The position numbers and the translations under genes were made by a program. This document shows positions 10,638 through 21,543 of a stretch of 32,000 nt of DNA, one piece after another. Within the stretch, counting starts at the first letter, position 1. Each line of letters starts with the position of its first letter. The stretch is from Mycobacterium tuberculosis H37Rv (GTDB lineage: Bacteria; Actinomycetota; Actinomycetes; Mycobacteriales; Mycobacteriaceae): positions 1,620,001 through 1,652,000 of the forward strand of contig NC_000962.3 of the NCBI RefSeq assembly GCF_000195955.2, in the 5' to 3' direction. A model generated the notes under the pieces. That model was not told where the DNA came from and made no database searches. It saw nothing but the letters and a program-made list of their open reading frames with translations.

Positions 10638-13600
10638 CTACACGAATTCGCCGCCGCCGAGCCCGCCGAAGCCACCGCCGCCACCGGCGCCGCCGGCGGT
10701 ACCTGTGGCGATGGACCCCGGGCTACCGAGGCCGCCGAGACCGCCGAGACCAAGGAGGATGCTGAAGCCGCCGCCACCGCCCTGCCCCCCGTGGCCACCG
10801 GTCCCACCGGTGCCTGTTCCAAAGGGCCCCGCGTCGCCGGTGCCGCCGGTGCCCCCGGAGCCACCCATCCCGCCCCGGCCACCGACGCCGGCAAAACCAT
10901 TGCCGCCAAAGCCGCCCGCACCTCCGTTGCCACCCATCCCAGGCTGAGAGCCGTTGTGGCCGGTGCCGCCGGTGCCGCCAGCGCCGCCGGTGCCGCCGGT
11001 GTTACCGTTGCCGCCGTTGCCGCCAGTGCCGCCTCTGCCGCCGGTGAGGCCGCCGTTGGCACCCTGGCCGCCGGTGCCGCCGGTGCCGCCGGTGCCGCCG
11101 GTGCCCCAGTCGCCGGGGGTGCCACCTGGGCCGCTGGAACCGCCAAGTCCTGCATCGCCTCCGCGTCCTGCATCGCCTCCGCGGCCCCCGCCGCCGCCGT
11201 CACCAGGTGAGGTGACAAGGTCGCCACTGGCGCCGTTGCCACCGTTGCCGCCGTTGCCGGGTGTCCCGCCGGTCCCACCGTTGCCGCCGGCTCCGGTGAG
11301 GCCTTGGCCGCCGTTGCCGCCTCTGCCGCCGTTGCCGCCTCTGCCGCCGTCACCGCCATCGCCCTCGTTGGTGCCGAGGACGCCCTTGGCGCCGGTGCTG
11401 CCGGCGCCGCCAGTCCCGCCGATGCCACCGTTGCCGCCGTTGGCGCCGGTGCCGCCGTTACCGCCGTTACCCCCGTGGCCGCCGGGGCCGCCGTTTCCGC
11501 CGCTGGCAGCGCCGTGGCCGCCGTGACCGCCGTTGCCGCCGTCGTGCAGGATGCTGCCGGCCGGCCCCGCCTTGCCTGCGGTGGAGCCGGTGCCGCCGGG
11601 GCCGCCGGCACCGGCGTTGCCGGCGTTGCCGCCGTCGCCGCCTCGCCCGCCGCCGCCGCCGGCGAAGGCCCCTGCTCCCTGGCCGTTGCCGCCGTTGGCC
11701 CCGTCACCGGGAGCACCGCCGTCGCCGCCGGCCCCACCGGCACCGCCCGCGCCGTCGCTGACTACGCCTTGACCGCCGTTGCCGCCGGCCCCGCCGTTGC
11801 CGCCGGCGCCGCCGTGCCCGCCGGCACCGCCGGGTTGTCCGGGCGCACCCACGGCCACGCCGTTGGCACCGGCGGCGCCGTTGCCGCCGAATCCGCCGAG
11901 GCCGCCGTTGCCGCCGGCGCCACCGTTACCGCCGTTCAGGCCGGCCCCGCCGGCCCCGCCGGCGCCACCGTTGCCGCCGGGGTTACCGTTTGGCCCGTTT
12001 TCACCAGGGTTGGTGGCGTTGGCACTCATGCCACCAAACGCGCCGTCGCCGCCGCGGCCGCCGTTGCCGCCCGTGCCGGCGCTGCCGCCGTTGCCGCCAT
12101 TGCCGCCGTCGCCGCCGTTGCCGCCGACCACTTGGGAGTTGCCGCCGTTGCCGCCGTCGCCGCCGTCGCCGCCGCTGGTTGGAGTGAAGCCGTGGGCGCC
12201 CTTGGCGCCTGGGGTAGAGCCGGCGCCACCGCTACCGCCCTGCCCGCCGGCGCCGGGGTTACCGCCGTTACCGCCGTGACCGCCGTTACCATCGCCGAAG
12301 GCGAAGTTGCCGTTGGCGCCGTTGCCGCCGTCACCGGCGAGCCCGCCGGCCCCCCCTTTGCCGCCGGACCCGCCGACACCCTGGATTCCGTTCTGGCCAA
12401 AGAGGTTCCCCGCCAAACCGCCGGGCCCGCCTTGGCCGCCGTTACCGCCTTGCGCGCCGGGCCCGCCGTGGCCGCCGTCGCCGCCCTTGGCGCCCGGCGT
12501 GGTGGCGTTGGCGCCGTTGGCGCCGTTGCCGCCGGCCCCACCGGTCCCGCCGTCGCCCCCGAAGTCTCCGCCCCGGCCGCCGGCCCCGCCCGCCCCGCCA
12601 GCCCCGCCGTTCTGGCCGCTCGTGCCGGATTCGCCCGCGGTGGTGGGCGAGGAACCGGCGACACCGGCCATGCCGTCCCCGCCTTTGCCGCCGGCCCCGC
12701 CATTACCAACAAGCCCGCCGTTGCCGCCCTTGCCGCCGGCCCCGCCGGCCCCGCCGGCGACGGTGGCGTTCGCGCCGTTGCCGCCGGTGCCGCCGTTGCC
12801 GCCGCTGGTCGGGGTGGCGCCGCGGGCACCGTCTGCACCCGCGGTGGATCCGGCGCCGCCGATCCCACCAGCACCACCGATGCCGCGGCTACCGCCGTTG
12901 CCGCCGTTGCCACCAACTCCATCGCCGCCGTTATCGAACGTGCCCTTGGCACCGTTGCCGCCATCACCGCCCATGCCGCCGGCGCCGCCGTTTCCGCCGG
13001 CCCCGCCGGCACCCATGCTGCCGTCCTGGTGGGTGGCTGCAAGCGCCTTACCGCCTTGCCCACCGGCTCCACCGCCACCGCCGGCTCCACCGTTGCCGCC
13101 CTTGCCGCCGTCGGTGCCATCCGCGCCTGCCCCCAGGCCGTTAAGGCCGGTGGCGCCGGTGGCGCCGTTGCCGCCGTTGCCGCCCTTACCGCCGGCGCCG
13201 CCAGCACCGCCGTCGCCTGCTTGGGCTCCGCCGTCGCCGCCCTTACCGCCAGCGCCGCCAGCTCCGCCGCCACCGCCGTTAGGGTCGCCGCCAGAAGGCG
13301 GGGCACCGGGGGCGCCGTTGCCGCCGGCACCTCCGGCGCCGCCATTGCCGACCAGCCCGCCGGCCCCGCCGGCCCCGCCGTTACCGCCGGCTTTGCCGCC
13401 CGATGAGAAGTGGGCGCCGTTGCCGCCGGCCCCGCCGTTGCCGCCGCTGGTGGGGCTGGCCCCGGCCGCGCCGTGGGCACCGATCGTGGAGCCGGCTCCG
13501 CCGGTGCCTCCGGCCCCGCCGGCGCCGGGGTCACCGCCGTTATCCCCAGCGACAATCAAGGCACGAGAAAATCCGGCCCCGCCGGCCCCGCCGGTCCCGC

Positions 13601-14627
13601 CAACCCCACCGGCCCCGCCGGCCCCACCGGCGCCGGCCAGCCAGCCGCCCCGCCCTCCGGTGCCGCCATCGCCGGCGTCGCCGCCGACCCCACCGGACGT
13701 ACCGTGCGGGGACAAGTCCTCACCGGCTGCGCCGGCCACACCCTCCGCGCCGTGTCCGCCGGCACCACCGTGCCCGCCCACGCCCAACAGCCCGGCCGCA
13801 CCCCCGACACCGCCGTGTCCACCCACACCACCGATCGGGCCGGGCCCGCCGGCACCTCCGTGCCCGCCGGCCCCGTAGAGGGTCCCGCCCAGGCCACCGG
13901 CACCACCGGTACCGCCGACCCCGCCGGGCCCGCCGGGCCCGCCGGGCCCGCCGGTTCCGCCGACCCCGAACAGTCCGGCGTTGCCGCCGGCCCCGCCGGT
14001 TGCCCCGCCCAGCAGGCTCTGCCCGCCGGCCCCGCCGACTCCACCATTGCCCAGCAGCCAGCCGCCGCTACCCCCGGCCCCACCGGCGGCGCCGGCCCCA
14101 CCGGCCCCACCGGCCCCGCCGGTGCCGAACAACCCGGCGGCCCCGCCGGCCCCGCCGACTTGGCCGGGCGCGCCCGAGCCGCCGGCCCCACCGTTGCCCC
14201 ACAAGATCCCGCCGGCCCCGCCGGCCTGCCCGGTGCCGGGTGCTCCAGCCGCCCCATCACCGATCAACGGGCGACCCAGCAACGCCTGGGTGGGCGCATT
14301 GAGGGCATTGAGCACGTTGTGCTCCAGCGTCGCCAACGGTGCGGCGTTGGTCGCCTCCGCGCTGACATACGAGCCGACCGCGGCGCTTAACGTCTGCGCA
14401 AATCGGTCATGAAACGCCGCCACCTGCGTGCTGATCGCCTGATACTCCCGAGCATGGCTGCCAAACAGCGTCGCGATCGCCGCCGACACCTCATCGGCGC
14501 CCGCGGCCAGCACGCTGGTGGTCGACCCCGCCGCCGCCGCATTGGCCGCGCCGATCGATGACCCGATGCGCGCCACATCTAAGGCTGCGGCCGCCACCGT
14601 CTCCGGGGCCACGATCACCAACGACAT
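10638..14627 (-). CDS. PE_PGRS27: PE_PGRS family protein, 1329 aa (PE_PGRS27)
   Basis: Typical PE domain [64 protein letters not shown] followed by GGAGG/GGNGG repeats. ORF track starts one Met earlier at 14630. Confidence 0.95.
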   Translation of the reverse strand: MSLVIVAPETVAAAALDVARIGSSIGAANAAAAGSTTSVLAAGADEVSAAIATLFGSHAREYQAISTQVAAFHDRFAQTLSAAVGSYVSAEATNAAPLATLEHNVLNALNAPTQALLGRPLIGDGAAGAPGTGQAGGAGGILWGNGGAGGSGAPGQVGGAGGAAGLFGTGGAGGAGGAGAAGGAGGSGGWLLGNGGVGGAGGQSLLGGATGGAGGNAGLFGVGGTGGPGGPGGPGGVGGTGGAGGLGGTLYGAGGHGGAGGPGPIGGVGGHGGVGGAAGLLGVGGHGGAGGHGAEGVAGAAGEDLSPHGTSGGVGGDAGDGGTGGRGGWLAGAGGAGGAGGVGGTGGAGGAGFSRALIVAGDNGGDPGAGGAGGTGGAGSTIGAHGAAGASPTSGGNGGAGGNGAHFSSGGKAGGNGGAGGAGGLVGNGGAGGAGGNGAPGAPPSGGDPNGGGGGAGGAGGKGGDGGAQAGDGGAGGAGGKGGNGGNGATGATGLNGLGAGADGTDGGKGGNGGAGGGGGAGGQGGKALAATHQDGSMGAGGAGGNGGAGGMGGDGGNGAKGTFDNGGDGVGGNGGNGGSRGIGGAGGIGGAGSTAGADGARGATPTSGGNGGTGGNGANATVAGGAGGAGGKGGNGGLVGNGGAGGKGGDGMAGVAGSSPTTAGESGTSGQNGGAGGAGGAGGRGGDFGGDGGTGGAGGNGANGANATTPGAKGGDGGHGGPGAQGGNGGQGGPGGLAGNLFGQNGIQGVGGSGGKGGAGGLAGDGGNGANGNFAFGDGNGGHGGNGGNPGAGGQGGSGGAGSTPGAKGAHGFTPTSGGDGGDGGNGGNSQVVGGNGGDGGNGGNGGSAGTGGNGGRGGDGAFGGMSANATNPGENGPNGNPGGNGGAGGAGGAGLNGGNGGAGGNGGLGGFGGNGAAGANGVAVGAPGQPGGAGGHGGAGGNGGAGGNGGQGVVSDGAGGAGGAGGDGGAPGDGANGGNGQGAGAFAGGGGGRGGDGGNAGNAGAGGPGGTGSTAGKAGPAGSILHDGGNGGHGGHGAASGGNGGPGGHGGNGGNGGTGANGGNGGIGGTGGAGSTGAKGVLGTNEGDGGDGGRGGNGGRGGNGGQGLTGAGGNGGTGGTPGNGGNGGNGASGDLVTSPGDGGGGGRGGDAGRGGDAGLGGSSGPGGTPGDWGTGGTGGTGGTGGQGANGGLTGGRGGTGGNGGNGNTGGTGGAGGTGGTGHNGSQPGMGGNGGAGGFGGNGFAGVGGRGGMGGSGGTGGTGDAGPFGTGTGGTGGHGGQGGGGGFSILLGLGGLGGLGSPGSIATGTAGGAGGGGGFGGLGGGEFV

Positions 14628-14790
14628 CACAGACCTCCCGCCACGCCCCTGCCCCTTCGGCAGGTCACACTCCTGCCAGATAAGGGTCGCGCCGCCACCT
14701 TGTCCGATTCCAGGTCAAAATCCCCATAACCAGCACGAATCTGCTGTGCACAGTGCACATTCGCCCTACTATCGGCTCGTGGCATTGCGG
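13532..14790. repeat. Long duplicated block, copy 1 (5' half of PE_PGRS27, its upstream region and the first 12 nt of an Rv1453-like start)
   Basis: Colinear with 17134-18392 at a constant offset of +3602 bp; only scattered substitutions seen by eye. Confidence 0.92.
14767..14772 (+). promoter_or_regulatory. Duplicated -10 element TACTAT preceding a leaderless-type GTG at 14779
   Basis: tactatcggctcGTGGCATTGCGG, identical to the copy at 18369-18392 in front of the PucR-like gene. Confidence 0.5.
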
Positions 14791-14874
14791 CTAGCAACGG
14801 TTGGTCTTCGGGCCCAATCCTTAGGGCGTCACACTGATCAATCCCAGATAGCGATTTTCATCGGGCTGGTGTGA
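14779..14874 (+). other. Putative leaderless micro-ORF (31 aa) left by the duplication
   Basis: GTG 14779 to TGA 14874: V(M)ALRLATVGLRAQSLGRHTDQSQIAIFIGLV. The first four codons are identical to those of the downstream regulator. Confidence 0.35.
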
Positions 14875-15028
14875 AAATTGTCCTGACCGCGGTTCGGGCT
14901 GGCGAGCGGTGCCGATATGCCGGCGAAGTCGTGTGAATCGACCCTGCGGCTCTGCTGCCACAGTTACCCGGTCTACCATCGTGCGTAGTAGAAGCTGCGC
15001 GCGGCTGCGATTCCCGAGGAGTTAGTGC

Positions 15029-15955
15029 GTGAACGTTCGCGGGCGCGTCGCGCCGCGCCGAGTGACTGGTAGGGCAATGAGCACCCTGCTGGCCTACCTG
15101 GCGTTAACCAAGCCGCGAGTCATCGAGCTGCTGTTGGTCACCGCGATACCGGCGATGCTGCTGGCCGACCGCGGCGCCATTCATCCGCTGCTCATGCTCA
15201 ACACGCTCGTCGGCGGGATGATGGCCGCCGCCGGCGCCAACACGCTCAACTGCGTCGCCGACGCCGATATCGACAAGGTGATGAAGCGAACCGCGCGCCG
15301 GCCCTTGGCGCGGGAAGCGGTGCCGACCCGAAACGCGTTGGCACTCGGGTTGACGTTGACGGTGATCTCGTTCTTCTGGCTATGGTGCGCCACGAACCTG
15401 CTGGCGGGGGTGCTGGCCCTGGTCACCGTCGCGTTTTATGTGTTCGTCTACACGCTTTGGCTCAAGCGACGCACGTCACAGAACGTGGTGTGGGGTGGGG
15501 CGGCCGGCTGTATGCCGGTGATGATCGGCTGGTCGGCCATCACCGGCACCATAGCCTGGCCGGCGCTGGCGATGTTCGCGATCATCTTCTTCTGGACGCC
15601 GCCACACACCTGGGCATTGGCGATGCGCTACAAGCAGGACTACCAAGTGGCCGGGGTGCCGATGCTGCCGGCGGTGGCGACCGAGCGTCAGGTCACCAAG
15701 CAGATCTTGATCTACACCTGGCTGACCGTGGCCGCGACGCTGGTGCTGGCGTTGGCGACCAGTTGGCTTTACGGCGCGGTGGCCCTGGTGGCCGGTGGGT
15801 GGTTCCTGACGATGGCCCACCAGTTGTATGCCGGGGTGCGCGCCGGCGAGCCGGTCAGGCCGCTGCGGCTGTTTCTGCAGTCGAACAACTATCTGGCGGT
15901 GGTGTTCTGCGCACTGGCCGTCGACTCGGTGATCGCGCTGCCCACGCTGCACTGA
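15029..15955 (+). CDS. ctaB: Protoheme IX farnesyltransferase (heme O synthase)
   Basis: 308-aa UbiA-family membrane protein; [49 protein letters not shown] (NxxxDxxxD). Confidence 0.95.
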
Positions 15956-16003
15956 TTGGGGGCCCAGTTCCGCTGCGGTGCCGGCCCTGCTCGGCCAACG
16001 TAG

Positions 16004-18229
16004 TCAGATGGTTGGATCGCCACCGGCGCCACCGGCGCCGCCCGCGCCACCAGCACCGCCGCTGCCATCTGGGTCCGTCGAGTCGCCGAGGACGCCGGCG
16101 CCGCCATTGTCGCCAAATACCGTGAGACCTAGCAGGGTGCCGGCGCCGCCCTTGCCGCCGGCCCCGCCGTTTCCGCCGCCGCCATCGCCGATGATGTTTT
16201 CCCCGCCCTTGCCGCCAGCCCCAGCGTTCCCGCCGGCTCCGCCACTGGCGCCGGTGCCGCCGGGTGCAACGGCGTTGGCGCCGTTACCGCCGTTGCCGCC
16301 TTTGCCCCCGGTGTCTGCAAAGTCGGGGGTCGCACCCTGCGCGGCGCGGGTCACGCCGTCACCGCTGAGCCCCCCGAGCCCGCCAGCGCCGCTGAAGCCA
16401 GGATTGCCGCCGTTGCCGCCATGGCCGCCGTTGGCACCGGGTGCGACGGCGTTGCCGCCGGTCCCGCCGACCCCACCGTTGCCGCCTTTACCACCGTCCT
16501 GGCCACGCTCGCCCGCGGTGGTGGCATTGGCACCCTCGGCACCACTACCACCGAGCCCGCCGTCTGCGCCGCGGCCGCCAGTCCCACCGGCCCCGCCATT
16601 GCCGGCGAGAGTTCCGCCGTCGCCGCCGGCGCCGCCCTGGCCGCCGTTGCCGCCGCTATTGCCTTTGCCACCGACTGCGCCCGAATCGCTCGCGTTCGTC
16701 CCTGCGGCGCCGTTGGCGCCGTTGCCGCCGGCGCCGCCGTTGCCGACCAGCCCGCCATGGCCGCCGGGTCCGCCGTTGGCGCCGTTGGTGCCCGCGGTGG
16801 TGGCGTTGGCGCCGTTGCCGCCGGCCCCGCCGTTGCCGCCGCTGGTGGGGGTGGCGCCGATGGCGCCCTGAGCGCCGGTGATGGAGCCGGCTCCGCCGGT
16901 GCCTCCGGCCCCGCCGGCGCCGGGGTCACCGCCATGGCCGCCGGCCCCGCCGGCACCTGCGTTGAAGGCCTGGTTGCCGGGGCCGCCGGCTCCGCGGTCA
17001 CCGCCGACGCCACCAGCGCCGCCGGTCCCGCCGGCCCCGCCGGCGCCTTGGCCGCCCAGCAGGCTGATCAGGCCGCCGGCCCCGCCGGGGCCGCCAGCCC
17101 CGCCAGCCCCGCCCATCCCGCCGTTACCACCATCACCGCCGTTATCCCCAGCGACAATCAAGGCACGAGAAAATCCGGCCCCGCCGGCCCCGCCGGTCCC
17201 GCCAACCCCACCGGCCCCGCCGGCCCCACCGGCGCCGGCCAGCCAGCCGCCCCGCCCTCCGGTGCCGCCATCGCCGGCGTCGCCGCCGACCCCACCGGAC
17301 GTACCGTGCGGGGACAAGTCCTCACCGGCTGCGCCGGCCACACCCTCCGCGCCGTGTCCGCCGGCACCACCGTGCCCGCCCACGCCCAACAGCCCGGCCG
17401 CACCCCCGACACCGCCGTGTCCACCCACACCACCGATCGGGCCGGGCCCGCCGGCACCTCCGTGCCCGCCGGCCCCGTAGAGGGTCCCGCCCAGGCCACC
17501 GGCACCACCGGTACCGCCGACCCCGCCGGGCCCGCCGGGCCCGCCGGGCCCGCCGGTTCCGCCGACCCCGAACAGTCCGGCGTTGCCGCCGGCCCCGCCG
17601 GTTGCCCCGCCCAGCAGGCTCTGCCCGCCGGCCCCGCCGACTCCACCATTGCCCAGCAGCCAGCCGCCGCTACCCCCGGCCCCACCGGCGGCGCCGGCCC
17701 CACCGGCCCCACCGGCCCCGCCGGTGCCGAACAACCCGGCGGCCCCGCCGGCCCCGCCGACTTGGCCGGGCGCGCCCGAGCCGCCGGCCCCACCGTTGCC
17801 CCACAAGATCCCGCCGGCCCCGCCGGCCTGCCCGGTGCCGGGTGCTCCAGCCGCCCCATCACCGATCAACGGGCGACCCAGCAACGCCTGGGTGGGCGCA
17901 TTGAGGGCATTGAGCACGTTGTGCTCCAGCGTCGCCAACGGTGCGGCGTTGGTCGCCTCCGCGCTGACATACGAGCCGACCGCGGCGCTTAACGTCTGCG
18001 CAAATCGGTCATGAAACGCTGCCACCTGCGTGCTGATCGCCTGATACTCCCGAGCATGGCTGCCAAACAGCGTCGCGATCGCCGCCGACACCTCATCGGC
18101 GCCCGCGGCCAGCACGCTGGTGGTTGACCCCGCCGCCGCGCTGTTGGCTACACCGATCGATGACCCGATGCGCGCCACATCCGAGGCCGCCGCGGCCACC
18201 GTCTCCGGGGTTACGATCACCAACGACAT
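16004..18229 (-). CDS. PE_PGRS28: PE_PGRS family protein, 741 aa (PE_PGRS28)
   Basis: PE domain [39 protein letters not shown] plus Gly-rich repeats; N-terminal half almost identical to PE_PGRS27. Confidence 0.95.
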   Translation of the reverse strand: MSLVIVTPETVAAAASDVARIGSSIGVANSAAAGSTTSVLAAGADEVSAAIATLFGSHAREYQAISTQVAAFHDRFAQTLSAAVGSYVSAEATNAAPLATLEHNVLNALNAPTQALLGRPLIGDGAAGAPGTGQAGGAGGILWGNGGAGGSGAPGQVGGAGGAAGLFGTGGAGGAGGAGAAGGAGGSGGWLLGNGGVGGAGGQSLLGGATGGAGGNAGLFGVGGTGGPGGPGGPGGVGGTGGAGGLGGTLYGAGGHGGAGGPGPIGGVGGHGGVGGAAGLLGVGGHGGAGGHGAEGVAGAAGEDLSPHGTSGGVGGDAGDGGTGGRGGWLAGAGGAGGAGGVGGTGGAGGAGFSRALIVAGDNGGDGGNGGMGGAGGAGGPGGAGGLISLLGGQGAGGAGGTGGAGGVGGDRGAGGPGNQAFNAGAGGAGGHGGDPGAGGAGGTGGAGSITGAQGAIGATPTSGGNGGAGGNGANATTAGTNGANGGPGGHGGLVGNGGAGGNGANGAAGTNASDSGAVGGKGNSGGNGGQGGAGGDGGTLAGNGGAGGTGGRGADGGLGGSGAEGANATTAGERGQDGGKGGNGGVGGTGGNAVAPGANGGHGGNGGNPGFSGAGGLGGLSGDGVTRAAQGATPDFADTGGKGGNGGNGANAVAPGGTGASGGAGGNAGAGGKGGENIIGDGGGGNGGAGGKGGAGTLLGLTVFGDNGGAGVLGDSTDPDGSGGAGGAGGAGGAGGDPTI

Positions 18230-18392
18230 CACAGTCCACCCGCCACGCCCCTGCCCCTTCGGCAGGTCACACTCCTGCCAGATAAGGGTCGCGCCGCCAC
18301 CTTGTCCGATTCCAGGTCAAAATCCCCATAACCAGCACGAATCTGCTGTGCACAGTGCACATTCGCCCTACTATCGGCTCGTGGCATTGCGG
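17134..18392. repeat. Long duplicated block, copy 2 (5' half of PE_PGRS28, its upstream region and the start of Rv1453)
   Basis: Same constant 3602-bp offset to 13532-14790. Confidence 0.92.
18369..18374 (+). promoter_or_regulatory. -10 element TACTAT for a probable leaderless transcript of the downstream regulator
   Basis: tactat at 18369-18374, 6 nt before GTG 18381, which is typical mycobacterial leaderless spacing. Confidence 0.5.
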
Positions 18393-19646
18393 GAAACCTC
18401 ACCGCGAATACATGAGCTGATCCGCGAGGCAGCGCGAATCGCCCTCAACCCGACCCAGGAATGGCTCGACGAATTCGACCGTGCCATTCTGGCCGCCAAC
18501 CCATCCATCGCTGCCGACCCCGCCCTGGCCACCGTTGTCAAGCGTTCCAATCGGGCGCATCTCATCCATTTCGCGGCCGCCAACCTGCGCAATCCCGGCG
18601 CCCCGGTGCCCGCGAACCTTGGTCCCGAGCCGCTGCGCATGGCCCGTGATCTCGTGCGCGTCGGTTTAGATGCCTTGGCCCTCGACATCTACCGCATCGG
18701 ACAAAACGTGGCCTGGCGGCGCTGGACGGACATCGCGTTCGGACTGACCTCCGACCCCGACGAGTTGCACGAATTACTGGATGTGCCATTTCGGACAGCC
18801 AACGAGTTCGTCGACACCACCCTTGCGGGCATCACCACCGAGATGCAATTGGAACGCGACAAGCTCACCCGCGACGTTCCTGCCGAACGCCGCAAAATCG
18901 TCCAGCTGCTCATCGACGGTGCCCCCATCAGCCGTGAGCACGCCGAAGCGCGATTGGGCTACCCTCTCGACCGATCCCACACCGCCGCCGTCATCTGGGG
19001 TGACCAGGCCCAGGGCGACCACAGCCACCTGGACCGAGTCGCCGACGCGTTCGGCCATGCCGGCGGATGCCCGCACCCGCTGGTCGTGGTAGCCGGCGCC
19101 GCGACTCGCTGGGTGTGGGTAAAAGACGCCCCCGGGTTTGACATCGACCTGATTCACGAGGTGCTCCATGACATACCCGACGCGCGTATCGCCATCGGGG
19201 CCACCGCGCCGGGAATCGAGGGGTTCCGGCGCAGCCACCGAGACGCACTCACCACCGCTCGGATGATTATCCGGCTGGAATCACCGCACCGAGTCGCCTT
19301 TTTCACCGACGTCGAGATGGTCGCGTTGCTCACCGAAAACGCCGAGGGTGCCGACGACTTCATCCAACGCACCCTCGGAAACCTCGAGTCGGCCAGCCCG
19401 GCTCTGAAAACGACGCTATTGACCTTCATCAACCAGCAGTGCAACGCTTCTCGGGCCGCGAGACTTCTCTTCACCCACCGCAACACCTTGATGAACCGAC
19501 TCGAGACCGCGCAACGACTTCTGCCCCGCCCTCTCGCCGACACCACCATTCACGTCGCCGTCGCACTCGAAGCCCAGCAGTGGCGGGAGAAGCCAACCAG
19601 CGATCCTCCGGCAAAGAAAGAGTCGAATGGCACCAAGATGCGTTAG
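18381..19646 (+). CDS. PucR-type / CdaR-family transcriptional regulator, 421 aa (Rv1453-like)
   Basis: In-frame from GTG 18381 within the larger ORF; C-terminal PucR-like HTH LLTFINQQCNASRAARLLFTHRNTLMNRLETAQRLL. Confidence 0.85.
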   Translation: MALRETSPRIHELIREAARIALNPTQEWLDEFDRAILAANPSIAADPALATVVKRSNRAHLIHFAAANLRNPGAPVPANLGPEPLRMARDLVRVGLDALALDIYRIGQNVAWRRWTDIAFGLTSDPDELHELLDVPFRTANEFVDTTLAGITTEMQLERDKLTRDVPAERRKIVQLLIDGAPISREHAEARLGYPLDRSHTAAVIWGDQAQGDHSHLDRVADAFGHAGGCPHPLVVVAGAATRWVWVKDAPGFDIDLIHEVLHDIPDARIAIGATAPGIEGFRRSHRDALTTARMIIRLESPHRVAFFTDVEMVALLTENAEGADDFIQRTLGNLESASPALKTTLLTFINQQCNASRAARLLFTHRNTLMNRLETAQRLLPRPLADTTIHVAVALEAQQWREKPTSDPPAKKESNGTKMR

Positions 19647-19673
19647 CAAGACAGCGCAGCACAGACCGCTACG

Positions 19674-20660
19674 CTACGGCAGCAGCACGACCGAGCCGAC
19701 CGTCTTGCGAGCCTCCAGGTCCTGATGGGCGCGCAAGGCGTCGGCCAGCGGGTAACGTCCGCCGACCGCCACGGTGATCGCTTCGCTGCCGATCGCGTCG
19801 AACAGCTCAGCGGCCCGCCAGCTGAACTCCTCGCCGGTGCGGGTGAAGTGGAACAGCGAGGGACGGGTGAGGTACACCGATCCGGCGGCATTGAGGCGCT
19901 GCGGATCGACCGGTGGAACCGGACCGCTGGCGGCGCCGAACAGTGCTAATGTCCCGCGGACAGCCAGGCTGGCTAGGCTGGCGTCGAAGGTGGTGGCGCC
20001 GACACCGTCGTAAACGGCTTGCACACCGGTGCCGCCGGTCAGTTCGCGAACCCGCCCGGCGAACTGCCAGGCATCCTCCGGGTAGTCGAGAACCACGTCC
20101 GCGCCGGCATCCTTGGACAGCTTGGCCTTCTCCGCCGTCGAAACGGTGGTGATCACCCGCACCCCCAGGTGAGTGGCCCATTGTGTCAGGATCAAGCCGA
20201 CGCCGCCGGCGCCAGCATGCACCAAGACGGTGTCACCACGCTTCACCGGGTACACCGACTTCAGTAGGTAATGCGCCGTCAGGCCCTTCAGCAGCGCCGA
20301 AGCCGCTACCTCAGACGTGACGTCGTCGGGGACCTTGGCGGTCAGAGATGCTGGCGCTGTGCAGAATTCGGCGTAGGCGCCGTTGGCTGAGGCGCTGACC
20401 ACGCGGTCGCCGACGCTGATGGCGGTGTCGGCTGCGGTAACCCCTGGGCCGACGGCCTCCACCGTGCCGCATACCTCGGAGCCGATGACGAACGGGAGTT
20501 CGCGCGGATATTGCCCGGAGCGGAAGTAGGTGTCGATGAAGTTGACACCGATGGCCTCGGCCTTGATCAGGAGCTCGCCGTGGCCGGGTTGAGGTTGCGG
20601 CTGGTCGACGTGGCGTAAGACGCCTGGCCCGCCGGTTTCGGTGACTTCGATTGCGTGCAT
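19674..20660 (-). CDS. qor: Quinone oxidoreductase (zinc-less MDR family)
   Basis: 328 aa from ATG 20660 (MHAIEVTETGGPGVLRHVDQPQP); GDTVLVHAGAGGVGLILTQWA Rossmann motif. Confidence 0.92.
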   Translation of the reverse strand: MHAIEVTETGGPGVLRHVDQPQPQPGHGELLIKAEAIGVNFIDTYFRSGQYPRELPFVIGSEVCGTVEAVGPGVTAADTAISVGDRVVSASANGAYAEFCTAPASLTAKVPDDVTSEVAASALLKGLTAHYLLKSVYPVKRGDTVLVHAGAGGVGLILTQWATHLGVRVITTVSTAEKAKLSKDAGADVVLDYPEDAWQFAGRVRELTGGTGVQAVYDGVGATTFDASLASLAVRGTLALFGAASGPVPPVDPQRLNAAGSVYLTRPSLFHFTRTGEEFSWRAAELFDAIGSEAITVAVGGRYPLADALRAHQDLEARKTVGSVVLLP

Positions 20661-20679
20661 GTGGCTATCATGCCCGGGC

Positions 20680-21543
20680 ATGAAGCTTGCCCGGCCGGAC
20701 GTCTTCCATCCGCGCGTCGTTTTGGCGGGTTGGCCACAGCAGCCCGCCGGTGACGGCGACGATGCTGGGCTGGTTGCGGCCCTGCGCCACCGCGGCTTGC
20801 ATGCTGGTTGGCTGTCTTGGGACGATCCCGAAATAGTCCACGCGGATCTGGTGATTTTGCGGGCTACCCGCGATTACCCCGCGCGGCTCGACGAGTTTTT
20901 GGCCTGGACTACCCGCGTGGCCAATCTGCTGAACTCGCGGCCGGTGGTGGCCTGGAATGTCGAGCGCCGTTACCTACGTGACCTGATGGATCGGGGGGTG
21001 CCGACCGTGCCCGGCGAGGTGTATGTGCCGGGAGAGCCGGTCCGGTTGCCACGCAAAGGCCAGGTCTTCGTCGGTCCGACCATCGGTACCGGGACACGGC
21101 GCTGTAGTGCCCGGTTCGCTGCCGAGTTCGTCGCGCAACTGCACGCGGCCGGCCAGGCGGTGCTCGTTCAGCCCGGAGGTTCCGGTGACGAGACCGTGTT
21201 GGTCTTCCTTGGCGGTGAGCCGTCGCATGCGTTTACCAAGCAGGCCGACACTTGGCGCCAGACCGAGCCCGACTTCGAAATCTGGGACGTGGGTGCGGCC
21301 GCCGTGGCCGGCGCGGCCGCGCAGGTGGGTGTTGACCCAGGTGAGCTGCTCTACGCGCGGGCCCACATCACAGGTGGAAGCCGAGATCCCCGGTTGCTGG
21401 AATTGCAATTGGTGGACCCGTCGCTGGGCTGGCAGTGGCTGGACCCAGACATCCGCAATCTTGCCCAGCGTGACTTCGCGCTATGCGTCCAGTCAGCGTT
21501 GGAGCGGCTGGGGCTGGGCCCGTTCTCCCATCGACGCCCATAG
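20680..21543 (+). CDS. Uncharacterised ATP-grasp-like protein, 287 aa (Rv1455-like)
   Basis: MKLARPDVFHPRVVLAGW...; VFVGPTIGTGTRRC, FLGGEPSHAFTK, LLELQLVDPSLGWQWLDPD resemble the core and C-terminal end of ATP-grasp proteins. Confidence 0.75.
   Translation: MKLARPDVFHPRVVLAGWPQQPAGDGDDAGLVAALRHRGLHAGWLSWDDPEIVHADLVILRATRDYPARLDEFLAWTTRVANLLNSRPVVAWNVERRYLRDLMDRGVPTVPGEVYVPGEPVRLPRKGQVFVGPTIGTGTRRCSARFAAEFVAQLHAAGQAVLVQPGGSGDETVLVFLGGEPSHAFTKQADTWRQTEPDFEIWDVGAAAVAGAAAQVGVDPGELLYARAHITGGSRDPRLLELQLVDPSLGWQWLDPDIRNLAQRDFALCVQSALERLGLGPFSHRRP

Noticed and set aside
10391-14612. Many large Ala/Pro-rich ORFs (450, 509, 523, 700 aa) on both strands in PE_PGRS27
   Set aside because: Alternative frames of GC-rich glycine-repeat coding sequence; the minus-strand frame with a PE domain is the true gene. 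The same applies to 16000-18100.
10638-18229. Repeated short motifs that could be mistaken for a CRISPR array
   Set aside because: Periodicity is the imperfect GGX codon repeat of PGRS domains; there are no constant direct repeats with unique spacers and no cas genes.
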